From assembly GCA_976551045.1 (NCBI GenBank), contig CDPCPM010000281.1:9734001-9798000 (forward strand): DNA of 64,000 nt. The letters are read 5' to 3'. Below, one piece after another: positions 40,701 to 53,532 of this stretch (position 1 is its first letter; each line of letters begins with the position of its first letter). This DNA is from Glaucostegus cemiculus. Its lineage: Eukaryota. A program made the position numbers and the translations under genes. The notes below the pieces were generated by a model. It was given only the letters and a program-made list of their open reading frames with translations, had not been told where the DNA came from and did no database searches.

Positions 40701-42333
40701 GTTAACCATGGCTGATTCCCTTCATCCTTCTATGGAAAGCACCATGACAAGGCTGTCAATTTCCATAAAGAGGAAGAAGTAAATCTAAGGAGAGGCTATC
40801 CATCTACTTTTGTGTACCCTTGTGTGTCCAACACGGGTGTTATTGGCAGAGCTACTGGTACAGGTAAATTTCATCTGCTCTCTCATTGAAAGTCCAAGCA
40901 CAGATTATTAAGTTGCAATTTTTAGCATTATTGTACAACCCCCATTCTCAGATGTAATGTCTAATATGACGGAAAAAGTTTATTTTGTGTCTGAATTGTA
41001 AAATCTCCATAAATCGCAGGTTCTCACACTCCCCATTACATACATTGGTTGCTAATGATCCTTGCATATTGCATCTTTACTTCTGGCAGGAGACGATTTC
41101 ACCAGGATTCTCCAAACTATGCACAACAGCCCACAGATCCTTTGTCTAATTTACCATTTCTTTACAATGGGAACCCTGAGCCAACTCTTAAGTGAATGTG
41201 TGTTAATCAGGTTCTGTAAGAGTTTTGAAGCTGATTCATCTGATCCATAACACATGTCAAATTGAGGCAGGCCACCTACTTTCTGTAATCTGCAGTGTTT
41301 TCTTTCATACCTGATAATTAATAATTAGTAAAGTACCAGTCTTGTGGTAAGTTGAAGCATTTCTTCTTTACAAAGAGTATAACATTATCTTAGTATAACA
41401 TCATTAAGCTTGAAATCGCAAAATGTAAGCAAAGGATGAGTGTTTTCTCAATCTTTTGATCCGTCTTATCCGAAAGGATTTGAATGCACTCAGAGTAGTG
41501 TGATTTAATATACAGCTGACTTCAAATACAGATTACAGACATGCCCCATTAGCTTGAGGAAATAAAGTCTGAGAAAGAAAGTTAGTACTGATATAGCTTA
41601 GTTTTCCTTATCCTAGAGTAGTTGATTGTCAGTCTTGCTGTTACTCCTGATGGAAATGATAAGAATTGAGTACAAATGATCTCTATCCCATTCAGATCCA
41701 AGGGTTGAAAGACTTGTACGGAGCCATTTCAGTTTTTGCAGATTCCATCTGAGTTTTGCTGCTTTGGCTCCTGTGTGCTATGAAATATCATTCTTATGGA
41801 GCAATGTTCCCATAAAAATATATTAATATCCTTGAAAAGGACATGTGCCAAGGTTTCCATGTGAATAGCTCCATTGCCAGGGAGAGCATGTGGAGAGCTT
41901 AGACCTATAAAGAGCTTTTTCAAGAGCACAATATTTCCTTGTATTTTTTCATGTCAGCACACGCTGCCATTAGCAACAGAAGGGAAATGTGGTGAAAGGC
42001 CATCAAGTGTTTGGCCATTTTACAGTAGCATGCAGATAAACAGGCCGATTTAGAAAGGATTTGTGATTTTTGGAGGCACTGGGTTGGATCTAGAGCCTTT
42101 GGGTGTGTGGGCACCCGTTTCTTCTTTCAGTCTTCAAAGCAGCAGAAGATTAAATCTGCTTTGCTGATTGGCTTTAAGATGCTGGTGAAACCAAATCCTG
42201 ATTCAAAGAACTCTTCTCGCATTTTAAGTCGAGCATGTGGCGTACAGCAGAAAAGGTGCTAAGTGCTTTGCTCACTGTGCTTAATTGTTGGATTCAGCAA
42301 ATCTGAAACATTCCTCCTTTTTCTTTTCCACAG

Positions 42334-42429
42334 TTGTTTCATTCCTATCCTCCGTCCATGGCTGGAATTTCTCCCATGATTCCACCTACAGGTCCTTTTG
42401 GTTCTCTGCAAGGAGCGTTTCAGCCAAAG
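42334..42429 (+). CDS. AUTS2: AUTS2 coding exon (exon 11 equivalent), 96 nt
   Basis: Acceptor ttcttttccacag|, donor AAG|gtaacc. Encodes [32 protein letters not shown]. Confidence 0.97.
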
Positions 42430-42954
42430 GTAACCCTGAAATCTCTTTGCCAATATCTTTTTCTTTGCACTCCTGTTTTTTCAATGTTAAGCATTGTCAG
42501 TCATCAAAAGCCTGGGAACTGTTGTTGCTTGGATCCTGAAGTGAGGTGAATCCTGGTACCCTGAGGCTTCATGGGCATCATTTCCATGTTTTGAACTAAT
42601 CTTTCAAATCACCTAACGAGGAAAGATACTCGGTAAACTCTCTGGATTTGGTGAAAGGGAAAATCTGGTACTTGGAGCACATTCGTACTTCGACTACTGT
42701 GATGAACAATGAACTCCTCGTACCCCACATAAGAAGGTTAATTGCATTATGTCCTCACCGACATTCCTGCTCTCATTTGTATTTCAATTACTGTTAAAAC
42801 TAAAGTTTTGCTTCTCTGAAGCATTGGTATTTGTGCATCTGCTTCAAAAGTGTATAAAATTGGAAGCAATTATCATTTGCAAACAATGTAATTGTAGAAA
42901 TGGGTTTCCTTTAAAATGTCAAGTAAAAATGTGTAAGGAATTGGGGTAGTAATA

Positions 42955-43290
42955 GCAGGAGGTGGGGGAGGGGTGTGGTGGCAGTGGTGGAGGGTAGGTG
43001 GGGGTGGTGGAGGGTAGGTGGGGGTGGTGGAGGGTAAGTGGGGGTGGGTGGCAGTGGTGGAGGGTATAGGGGATGATGGCAGTGGTGGAGGGTAGGTGGG
43101 GGTGGTGGCGGTGGTGGAGGGTAGGTGGGAGTGGTGGCAGTGGTGGAGGGTTGATGGGGTGGTGGCAGTGGGGGTGGTGGAGGGTAGGTGGGAGTGGTGG
43201 CAGTGGTGGAGGAGGATGGCAGCATGTGTGTGGTGATGGTGAAGGGGGGATCTGTGGTTGGGAATGATGGCAGCAGGTGGAGGGGGGAGG
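42955..43290 (+). repeat. G-rich degenerate minisatellite
   Basis: Repeated gtggtggagggtaggtgggg and gtggtggcag units. Confidence 0.9.
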
Positions 43291-44649
43291 TTATTATCCC
43301 TGAACCCTTTGGAGAATCAGGGAATTTTGAGTAGTACAGCACAGCCAATCCGTCTGTAAACCATCAGAAGGCACAGTGAGATTTAAAAGTCAATGCGGTT
43401 TTGAAGCAGTGCAGGTAATGGATCAGTTATCAGTTATTCTCTTGCTCTGTGTTCCTACTGTTATGTAATTACTGTACATACTTGTCAATAAATAGGGCTA
43501 CTAGTTTTATTCAGGTGCTGGTATTTTAGGGGGAAAGGGCTTGGAGATGTGGTGGATCCTACAGATTTTAGGGGGAAAGGGCTTGGAGATCCTACAGATA
43601 ATGAAATAACAACCAAAAATGCTGAAATGTCCACTAGGCCATGCGGCATCTGCGGAGACAGAGGAGCTGAGCTAATATTGCAGGTGGATGACCTTGCATT
43701 AGAACCGGTCAGTCCTGACTCAAACAGGAAAGTACAGGATATGATGCATAGCCTCGATACTTCCCAATACATTCCTCGATGAAAGGGTAATGGTTAGGCG
43801 CAACTCATGTTTCATTCACAGCCTGGTGACAGTTAAGGATCTTGCTTCTGAAGAAACACTGTTCAGCAGTTAGTCAGCTCTTTAGGTGAAACATGTTGTA
43901 AAAAGGCCAGAAATGTAACAGCCACATTCGGTTCATATCTTAACATATCTCAATGTGATCTATCTGAAAAGAAACAGAATATGTATTTTTGACTTATATC
44001 TTATAAACCATTTTATTTGAAGAATGATTCAAGGATCATCTTTATTTTATCATGGGGATATGTTACTTTATGCATCTAGTAATTTTCTGAGTTTTACCAA
44101 GTCAGTTGGAATGCACAGAATCTTTTCAGAAAATTGTCCCACAAAAATGCTGCTTCAGTTGTTATACTGTGGAGTAATGCTTCCAGTAACCATGGTGTGT
44201 GATGCGTGACCCACACTTGTGCAGAATCCCAGCTAAATGATGAGTGATTTTGTGATTCTAGGCATAAAAGAGATGTTAAGACCACAAAATCTCTCTTTAT
44301 ATAAATGTCACACTTTGTACACACCTTCCCTAAAGCTTAATATTTCTGTGGCTGTTATTTTTCTGAGTGGCTTTTCTGAGCAATCACATTTTATTCTCAA
44401 ATCCATTATGACCCATCAGTTTTTAAAAACATCCCTTATTTTTTGATTCCAATACAATTTTGACACCCGTTTGCTTCTAGTTTCAATTTTTTTAAGACAC
44501 TTTGGAAATTGTTAAAACAACTGAGAAGCCTGAGCAATAATGAAACTCAAATTTACACTTCCATGTGTAAAGGTTGTTAGCTGAGGAATTCATTATCTGA
44601 ATTCATCCAGTACTGGCCAATTCTGTAAAAGCAGTACCGTGATTGTCAT

Positions 44650-44913
44650 CACACACAAAATACTGGACGAACTCAACAGGTCAGGCAGCATCTATGGAGG
44701 GCAATAAACAGCCAACGTTTCGTGTCGAGACCCTTCATCAGGACTGGAAAGGAAGAGGGTAGAAGCCAGAATAAGAAGGTTGGGAGGGGGAGGAGCACAG
44801 GCTGGCAGGTGACAGGTGAGTCCAGGTGAGAGGGGAAATTTGATTTGCTGAGTTCCTCCAGCATTTTGTGCGTGTCACTCCAGATTCCAACACCTGCGAA
44901 CCTCTTGTGTCCC
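44650..44913. mobile_element. Penelope-derived inverted-repeat element, best-preserved copy
   Basis: Left arm acacacaaaatactggacgaactcaacaggtca (44651-44683) is complementary to tgatttgctgagttcctccagcattttgtgcgt (44841-44873). Confidence 0.75.
44709..44746 (-). ncRNA. Putative minimal type I hammerhead ribozyme motif
   Basis: Reverse strand reads CAGUC-CUGAUGA-A-GGGUC-UC-GACAC-GAAA-C-GUU-GGCUG: both core boxes, stem I, stem II with one mismatch, and a palindromic ACGU in place of stem III. Confidence 0.65.
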
Positions 44914-46137
44914 CATGATTGCCATAACAATATTGATAAATGTAATTAGAACAATTCAATTTTAGTCTGTTTAGTTAGAATAATTCCTGGGATTTACCTT
45001 CTTGAGGGTTAATTTTATTTTTTGGTGGACATTACGTTGCACAAGCAAATATTACAGATACATTCCAGCAATCTGGTCAGAAATAGTGCATCTCTTACAA
45101 GCAGCTTTTATTCTATAGGTATTACATTTCTAACTTTAGAGGATAAATGTACAGTAAACTACAGAAACAGAGTTCCTCATCTACCATTTTAATCCATCTT
45201 ATTGAACTTCCGACATGGATTCTCTTGTGGTTTCTCAGTAAACAATGGGAAATCTCACCACATTCAAATGAATGGTGAGTGGGTTTGTCAGTGTGTTTTC
45301 CCACTGTGTTTCTAATATTGAGATCTGTGTTTAAATAAAGTGCAAATTTTGAAAATCCAACATGAAGAGAGTTTGGACAGTTCTAAAGGTAATTCCATTT
45401 GGCTATAAGTCTGCAGGTATATCACACTCATTTTAATGGTGCAAACAGATATGAAACCAAAGAAAGGGTTGGTTCATATTTTGCCCAAGCCTGCAAGAAA
45501 ATAAGGTCAATGTGGCAGTTGAAGAACTGCTCCGATTCGGTAATTTACCCAAGTCGAGATAAAGTGAAGAGAAAATGGTGTCTTTGTCCCCATAATTTAA
45601 CATTATTTGGACATGTGCTGAAAAGGAAAACCAAAGAGTAGCAACTAGAAAATGTTTGGAGTTCAAGCAGTTGCAGGAGCTTTTTCTGAAAGTGGGATCG
45701 GTACACGTTGTGGATGGTGTGTTGACAGTGTACATGGTTGGCACAGACACAGTGGGCCAAAGGGCCTGTTCTTGTGCTGTACTGTTCTTTGATGGTATTA
45801 TTGGTGTCTTAAATGGGAATTGTTACTTATATTAACATTAGTACTCCTTGTCTCAATTTTGCATGTTTTCTAAAGCAGTGGACTGAAGATGAATGATTGG
45901 TATGATGTTCATACAACAAGCAAAATAGCAGGAGAATCCAATAGTTCCCACACAGGTTAAAAGTGAATAAAAGGCACAGGAATGAGCAGGAAGAAGGTGC
46001 TGTTTCCTCCTCAGAAAATGGCACTTTGTTCTCCTACAGTTGCAAGTCTAAATTAAACATTTCACCTGCTCCACAGAGCTGTCAGAAATTGTTTTCTGAT
46101 CTTCCACTTTAATAGGCTTTTCTATCTTCCTCCACAG

Positions 46138-46209
46138 ACCTCCAATCCCATTGATGTGGCTGGAAGGCCTGGAGCTGTTCCCCATACCCTCCTGCAGAAA
46201 GACCCCAGG
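46138..46209 (+). CDS. AUTS2: AUTS2 coding exon (exon 12 equivalent), 72 nt
   Basis: Acceptor cttcctccacag|, weak donor AGG|gtattt. Encodes [24 protein letters not shown]. Confidence 0.95.
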
Positions 46210-47969
46210 GTATTTGTTGCCTGATTTCTATAAAAGCTATGTCTTCATAATCCATTTTTTATAAGTGCAGTAACCTTGGATAACTTGTTTCTCCTTTCTG
46301 CCATATTGTCATGCTGTTAAGATAGGTTTTAAATGTTTGATTAAACCAGTAACTAATCTATGGTGGGATTGCAGCTATTTACTTTAAGTGTTAATTGCAT
46401 CCATTTACTTTCCAACCAGTGAAGTGACCTGAGAGTTGTTACACCCATTGCCACATTGATAGGTGGTGACGGATTTCAGACCTGCAGAAATGATAAGGAA
46501 TGCACGACTCCAGGCAAAATGACCAAAATTAGAATAAAATTGAACAATCATAAGAATTAGGAGCAGAAATACAACATACAAGAACATTTATACTGTTATG
46601 AAATGTTCAGCCTGAAAAAGGATTGGAAGCAGATTCAGTTATAATTTTCAAGAGGGAATTAGATAAACGGGAGAGACTTTGCAAAGCCACAAGGAATGGG
46701 CAAAGGACTGGGACAAATTGGAGAGTTCTGTCCAGATGTCAGCTGAAGCACGGTCAGCAGAATGTCCTCCTTCCTCACTGTAAGGTTGCACGATTCCATT
46801 GGTATTGGAAAATTGAGAAAGGAAATAGGTCTGAGCAAAGGGCATAAAAGTAGGATTGAGTAATTCCATCAGAAGAAGTGGTAGTAGCATGGGCATGATG
46901 GGCCAAATGGCTGCTTTCAGTGTTCTATTTTCTTTTTTAGAGGTGAAGAAGTTAATGTCAAGTCTCTGTATGTGACAGATGTACACCCATACTGCTGAAT
47001 AGTTGTGGTCAGGTGCACATCATAATAGATCCACAACTTGAATGAAGTCCTTATACTGCATTTCAATGTTACAACTTGGGCTCTGGCTTCATTAGTATTC
47101 TGCCTTCACTCAAGACTTTGTTTCGTTCGAGACTTGCTAGGGACAAGGTTGAAGGGATGCCAGGCAGTTGGGTTTGGGAGATGACTTATAAAACAAATGT
47201 TGGAATTTTCTGATCCTACATGCGAATTATCATCTAAATAAGGTATGGGTTCTTTTCCCAATTGACTGCACTGTTTAATATTCCGCACTAATTAGCACTC
47301 ATTATAGAGTCTTGCAGAAGGACTCACGGCGTGGGATTTGACGGTATTACTCAATTAGAGGAGAAACTGGTCATCTGAGACTTGAGTATTGCCCTTGGTG
47401 GTGTACAGGGTGCCCGTAAAAATCCAAGACGTGTAATACTTGACAAGGCAATGCTTGATGCTGTCTGAGGACAAAGAATTTCTGCAATAGTTACATTTCA
47501 TGTTTTGCGAATTAAGGTGAGGTTGTGAAATGTAATGATTCTGAATAAATTTTGATCGGTGCACTCAGCAGCTGTGATACCAGTATCAATCTACCCATGG
47601 ATGACAATGCTGAGCTTTTAGATTTCCCTTTACAGTGTTGTGACACATGGGATTTGATTTCTTGCTCTCTAAATCAGCACATGAAAGGTTAAACTGGTAT
47701 AACCCCAGTGTTACACATACACATCAGCTCATTTCCAAATATTTAGCTGTAGCTGTCTTAATATTGGCAATGGAAGAAAATGAGAACAGTGGGAGACTTG
47801 AGTTAAGTGGAAGAGGTACATATGATGATGTGCACTGTTAGTAGACCATTTGTAGGGTTTTCTTTCACTCAGTGAAGAATGTTTTTATTTTAATAAACCA
47901 CAAGCTGTGTATTATAGGTTGCCTTTATTTTGGCAACTTGAGCTTATTCAAAGAGCTGTTACCTCCATC

Positions 47970-48390
47970 TATCCATTACCTTCTACATTCTCTGACCTAC
48001 GTTGATCTTCAGTCCAGCAACACCTTGGTTTTAAACTTCTCATTCTTCTTTTCAAATTCCACTACGGCCACAGCTCTTCCCAATCTTGGTAACCTTCTCC
48101 ACCTTTTCCCTGTCTCGTTAACCTTCTCCTCCTCTTCCCTATCTCAGTATCTCCACATCTACAACCTTCTTAGACTCCATCTTCCTCCAGATCTCGTCTC
48201 TTGTACATCCCCAATTGTAATCACTCACCACTGACAGGCATACCTTCAGCAACCTAGGACCAGGGCTCCAGGATTCTCCGAGCATCTGCTTTACTATGTG
48301 GCTTGGAGTTGTACTTAATACAATAACTCTCCTATGAAGTACCTTGGGACATTCTTGCTATATTAGAGGTCCTATATAAATGCAAATTAT
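47970..48390 (+). mobile_element. L2-like LINE 3' fragment
   Basis: Remnant of DL-W-PVQQHL-FKLLILLFK--GHS-PNLGNLL. Tail tgaagtaccttgggacatt...ctatataaatgcaa is shared with the Deu-SINE-like copies. Confidence 0.6.
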
Positions 48391-48837
48391 TTTTGTTTTC
48401 GAACTCCCTGGTTGTTGATCTCTTGATAGACAGTTAAACTGATGAGAATGCCTTTGTGTTTTTGGAAGGAATTTGAGCTGAAGCCCACTACAATGGCAGA
48501 TACAGGGCAGAGGAAATCCTGGAAACTTTTAAGTCCAGTTTCTAATTTTGGAGAGAGAGAAGTCATGGTGTGTGTAAAATTTGCACTTAACAATCTCTGC
48601 TTATGAAGTTTGATCAGCTCAGATGAAAATAATTAGGCTAGGTTATAGTGAGTAGTGTTCTGTTTACAAGGTCCACGTTTGTAGAGAGAGTTAGTTATGC
48701 CTGTTGTGTTATATGTTGAGGTGTATGGTGAAGAATTCTGTTCATGGCATCAAACTGTGTGCTATTTATCATCATATAATAAATAAAACCACTTAATGAT
48801 TCACACGGTGCCTTAATTTGGTAAGTATGTTTATCCA

Positions 48838-49140
48838 CAAGACATAGGAGCAGAATTAGGCCATTTGGCCCATCGAGTCTGCACCATTCAATCATGGCTG
48901 ATTTTTTTTAAAATGCCATTCTCCCACCTTCTCCCCATAATGCTTAGCCTCCTTATCAATTAAAAACCGATCAAACTCTGCCTTGAGTACACCCAGTGAC
49001 TTGGTCTCCACTGCCCTGTGTGGCAATGAATTCCACAGATTCCCACCCTCTAGCTGAAGAAATCCCTCCTCAGTTTCTTCATGAAACTTTAAGTCTCAGT
49101 TTTAAAGGGATGTTTCTTTATTCTGAGCTGTGCCCTCGGT
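48838..49140 (-). mobile_element. CR1 LINE 3' fragment
   Basis: gacataggagcagaattaggccatttggcccatcgagtctg...aatgaattccacagattc...gctgaagaaa; the reverse strand reads FFS-RVGICGI-like. Confidence 0.75.
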
Positions 49141-50566
49141 CCCTGGGCTGATGGTAATGTCCAGGCCTTTCAGTATCTACCCATTATCCACAGAAAAAAG
49201 AATGATAAAATAAGTAATTTTCACCAAATATCCTTGTTTTTCAGTAGTCCTTCATTGTTTGTTACTTTCAATGATGTATAAATTGGAAAAGAATGTGGAA
49301 AGTTTGTTTTAATTTGTTTGCTTCACTAATTTGAATAGACATAGAAATAGTACAGCATCAGAAAGCACAAACATCAACAGTTGCTCATCACTGCAGAAAT
49401 GCTGACCTTGATACTTACAGGGAGGTGGAGGTGTTAAAGGTTGCCCTGACTAGTGAACTCATTAAAACCGGTAACCCGAACCACCTCATTCCGAATTGTT
49501 TTCTCTCTCGTCCATTCGGCAAGATTGGGAGCCCTTGTTGGAAGGCCTTTGATGGTGGGCTGCAACAGGGAAGGGAAGGGAGGGTGGAGTTAGGAAAGGT
49601 TGGAGTTTGGCTAGAAGCATCTGCTCATACCTTGTCACTGGGAAACCTGGCCCACTCTCCTGTAGTAAAAATAGAGGCGTGCAAGTTGATATAATGTAAA
49701 TAATTAAAACTGAAGGTGGTGAGATGAAGGTGGGGTGGGAACCCATGTCTGCCTTTTTGAAACCTCTTTTTACCATATTTGGGGTGAGTAATCTCCTGCC
49801 CTTTTAGCAGCTCTGTAAAGAAATAATGTTGATTTCTTTTAGTTTATAAAGGGAATGTGTTCAGTCTGGAGAAAGACAAATGTAGGATAATGTCAGGAAA
49901 ACAGTCCTGACAAAAGTTGAGGTGTCTGATAGGGGAGTTTGGCAGAGAATAGAAATTTAAAAAGTACAATGCGCTGGGGCATTTAAGTCGACCATCTTGT
50001 ATGGTAAGCTAAGAGTAGTCAAATATTTATTCTCAACTTGCGATCAAAGAAACCAGCACCAGTAAGTTAGGCTGTAACCCTGAAAGGAGAGGGGCTGGGA
50101 GAGGTAACGATAAATGTTTAAGTGAACATTTACTGCTAATTCAAACTAATCTGGTTTAACGAAGCTGAGTTTTATTTTGAACAGGACCTCTTCCCAATAT
50201 GCTGTATTTACCAAAATACTTCTAAACATAGGGAAGTAAAATAAAATGAGTTAAAAGCTCAGTTTTTCTGTTCAATCAAATTTTAGTAGAGAAGGGGGTC
50301 ACATTTTAGAATTGTTTTTGGCATTCAAAAAGGATCCAATCCAATGGAGATATGCCTGAAGAGTTCTCCATACCTAAAATTATTAACGCAGAACAGAAGG
50401 TCAGACAATTGTATAAAAATTTGATGATTGTATTTTCTAATAATGTTTCATCTAAAAGTAAAATGTTAACATTTTAAATTACTGACTAACGAAGTAATAA
50501 AAATTGCAATTATTGTTATGCTTTGACTGACAAGCGTGTAACTGAGCTGCCACTCTTTATTTGCAG

Positions 50567-50596
50567 TTGACAGATCCATTCAGACCAATGCTGAGG
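50567..50596 (+). CDS. AUTS2: AUTS2 30-nt coding exon (exon 13 equivalent)
   Basis: Acceptor ctttatttgcag|, donor AGG|gtaaga. Encodes LTDPFRPMLR. Confidence 0.95.
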
Positions 50597-51451
50597 GTAA
50601 GAATCTTTCCTCTGGAATTATAATCCGTCTGTTTGTCCCCTCTGGGAGTGAAAGATAAGTGAATGATTGAGAAATTATTGCTGGAAATTAGATCACAAAG
50701 CCCTGTTTATTTCAGAATTCAGTGATTGAAAACGGGGTGAAGTGTGACAATGAATATTTTCAGCTCATTTTGTGACTGTCCAGAAATTTAGCATCCACTT
50801 CGCCCGCTGAATCGCTCACTTTGTGTCTGATGTGATTTCTGCTAGAATTGCACATCAGGTTAGATCACACCCTAAAGAGAAAAACTGATTGTTGCGCTTG
50901 GTATAGATAGTTATGGAGGGGCATGTGGTTTCATAGCAGGGCAGTAATGCACTCGATTGTAATTTGCATTTCTTTAAGAAATTTGAATGAGATTTCTCAA
51001 GTATTTTCAAAACATGAGTGAGTGCTGTTCAGTGCTTTTGGAAGGGAGGTGGAGGTGTGGTTAAAGGAATTGAAACCCAGATCAGGATGTTTATGAGCAA
51101 AATGGGGGGAATCTGTGGTATGCGATGATCAACAAGTTGCAATAGGAGGCTGACTGGAATCGGGCCAATTAGAACATAAGTGATTTGGTTGTTGATATAG
51201 TCAGATGAGATGTCCACTCCACTTTAAAAGGTTCATGGGTTCACAGTGTGTAACCTAGAGTTTTGTCGAGTTTATATGCAGTGGGCACATAGTATTGCGT
51301 AACAGTAGCAATTGAAATTAGCAGCTATTAGAATGGATTTTTAAACATTATGATTTATGGAGGAAAAGCAAAGGAGTCTATGGGTATGGGCCTCTCTGTT
51401 GGAGGTCTGAGCCAACATTTACACTTTTGGAGTTGTTATAAAGGAAGATGA

Positions 51452-51775
<324 letters not shown>

Positions 51776-53390
51776 TAGTAACACTTTCCCAGTTGTTTCG
51801 GAGCTTTCTTCCAGTGGTGTATTGGGATTTGTTAGAAGGACACTGGAAGGCAGTAATTTGTGGTCCATTGCCGGGAAGTTCCAAACACACTGTGTATACT
51901 CATTGTTTATGTTCTTCACCTCCACACTCCTTGCTGCATTTGATCAAATGTTTCATCACTTCTCTCCCACTTCCCACTGCTGAACATCACAGGAATCCCA
52001 GTCTAGGCCAATGCTTGCGGGCCACAGGGAATTGTATGAAATGAGTTTAGATCATCTCGACCCAGTCTGTCGTGACCATGAATTTATAGAAGGAACTCAT
52101 CATGACACTAGACTAATTTCTCACTGAGATTCTAGAATCATTAATATGGGAAGTCGGTCGTAGTTACAGTAAGGCATCATGTACCTACGTTCAGGCGCAT
52201 TGCAGGTTAGAGTACGGAGGGATTTATTCTGCATTTGGACTGCACAAATAGTATTTAAAGTGGGAAAAGTTTGCTTTCACTCTAATAATGGTCTTTCTCT
52301 CCCTGACCCCATTGTTTGCTTACACTCAACCATGTTGGTTATTCACAATGCTGACAATTAGTGTCTATGAATTCAACTGTGTCAGACGTGGACACATTAC
52401 ACCAAGACCCCCAGGAGTAGAAAACTGTGAGCACTACAGGTTCCAACCAAAGAAAATGATACCTCTGAAGAGTACAGTCCTCTGAAGGTGGAAAGAAAAC
52501 GACACAAAGAAAATTATCCTGTGCCCACTTTCAGTTTAATGCCGTGCAGTTAGAGCCTCATCCCAATATGGGACTATAGTGTTTAGTCCACATCCTGTTT
52601 GTTCCCCTTCTAAGTTATGGAAGATGCTTTTAGAGATTGGTCTAAGCTGATGATGCAGAGACATGAGTTCAAGTACTATTTGGATTCTGGAACATGGAGC
52701 TACCATCAGCATTACTAACCAGGTGATGACTGAATTATCCTAAAAACCCCAAGATATTCCTCAACTTTAGGGAAGGAAACCTGTTTACCTTACTTGGTCT
52801 GGCCTCTGATTCCAGACCCACATCTGTGCTTCCCCTCACCCCTCTACAGGGAGTGAACCCCTCCTTGGACTCTACTACTGACAATTCAAAGTGTTCTCTT
52901 TGTAAAAATAAAATACAGGTTATGGCAGGGTTCTGTTAGTGTGAGCTGTTTGTAACCCAAAATGCAGGTGAGAACCAAGTTCCCACACGGCAGAAGATGC
53001 CTGGGCCTGCAACCCCGCAGCAGCCAGCAAATCCATCCTGAAAGGCCTCCCAAACATTCGTTTGTATATGGGGCCGTACATAAATTGGGTGTTCATAAGC
53101 TGGGGAGGCCCTGTGTGTTGAATTAACCAGAAATAAAGTAAAATGGACTTTATTACTTAAAAATTAGAAGATTTAAGCAACTTTGAATTCAGGTTTGATG
53201 GTACACATGAGTTAGTGGTGAGTGAAGTGTGTTGTTTGTGAATATTCTTTAAAAATTTGTGTGCAAGAATTTGTTCAAATTGCACCTGTCACTCTTCCCA
53301 CTGTACTGACGGTACAGATGGGGAAGGTTTTTGAAAGGAAGACTGAACAAGGAGAAGTGTAACAGCCAGTTTTATGTTCGCCTCTTGCAG

Positions 53391-53532
53391 CAACAGATAC
53401 AGTCAGATCCACACAAACTCGACTTCGGCCTGAAACCCGAATTCCTGAGCAGACCACCAGGTCCCAACATGTTTGGAGCTATCCACCACCCCCATGAGCT
53501 GGCTCGCCCTGCAACCCTCTTCTCCACTGCTG
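53391..53532 (+). CDS. AUTS2: AUTS2 coding exon (exon 15 equivalent), 142 nt
   Basis: Acceptor cctcttgcag|, donor G|gtaagg. Encodes [47 protein letters not shown]. Confidence 0.96.

Noticed and set aside
42911-43348. 145-aa extensin-like Pro/Thr ORF on the minus strand
   Set aside because: It is a translation of the G-rich minisatellite, with no splice or homology support.
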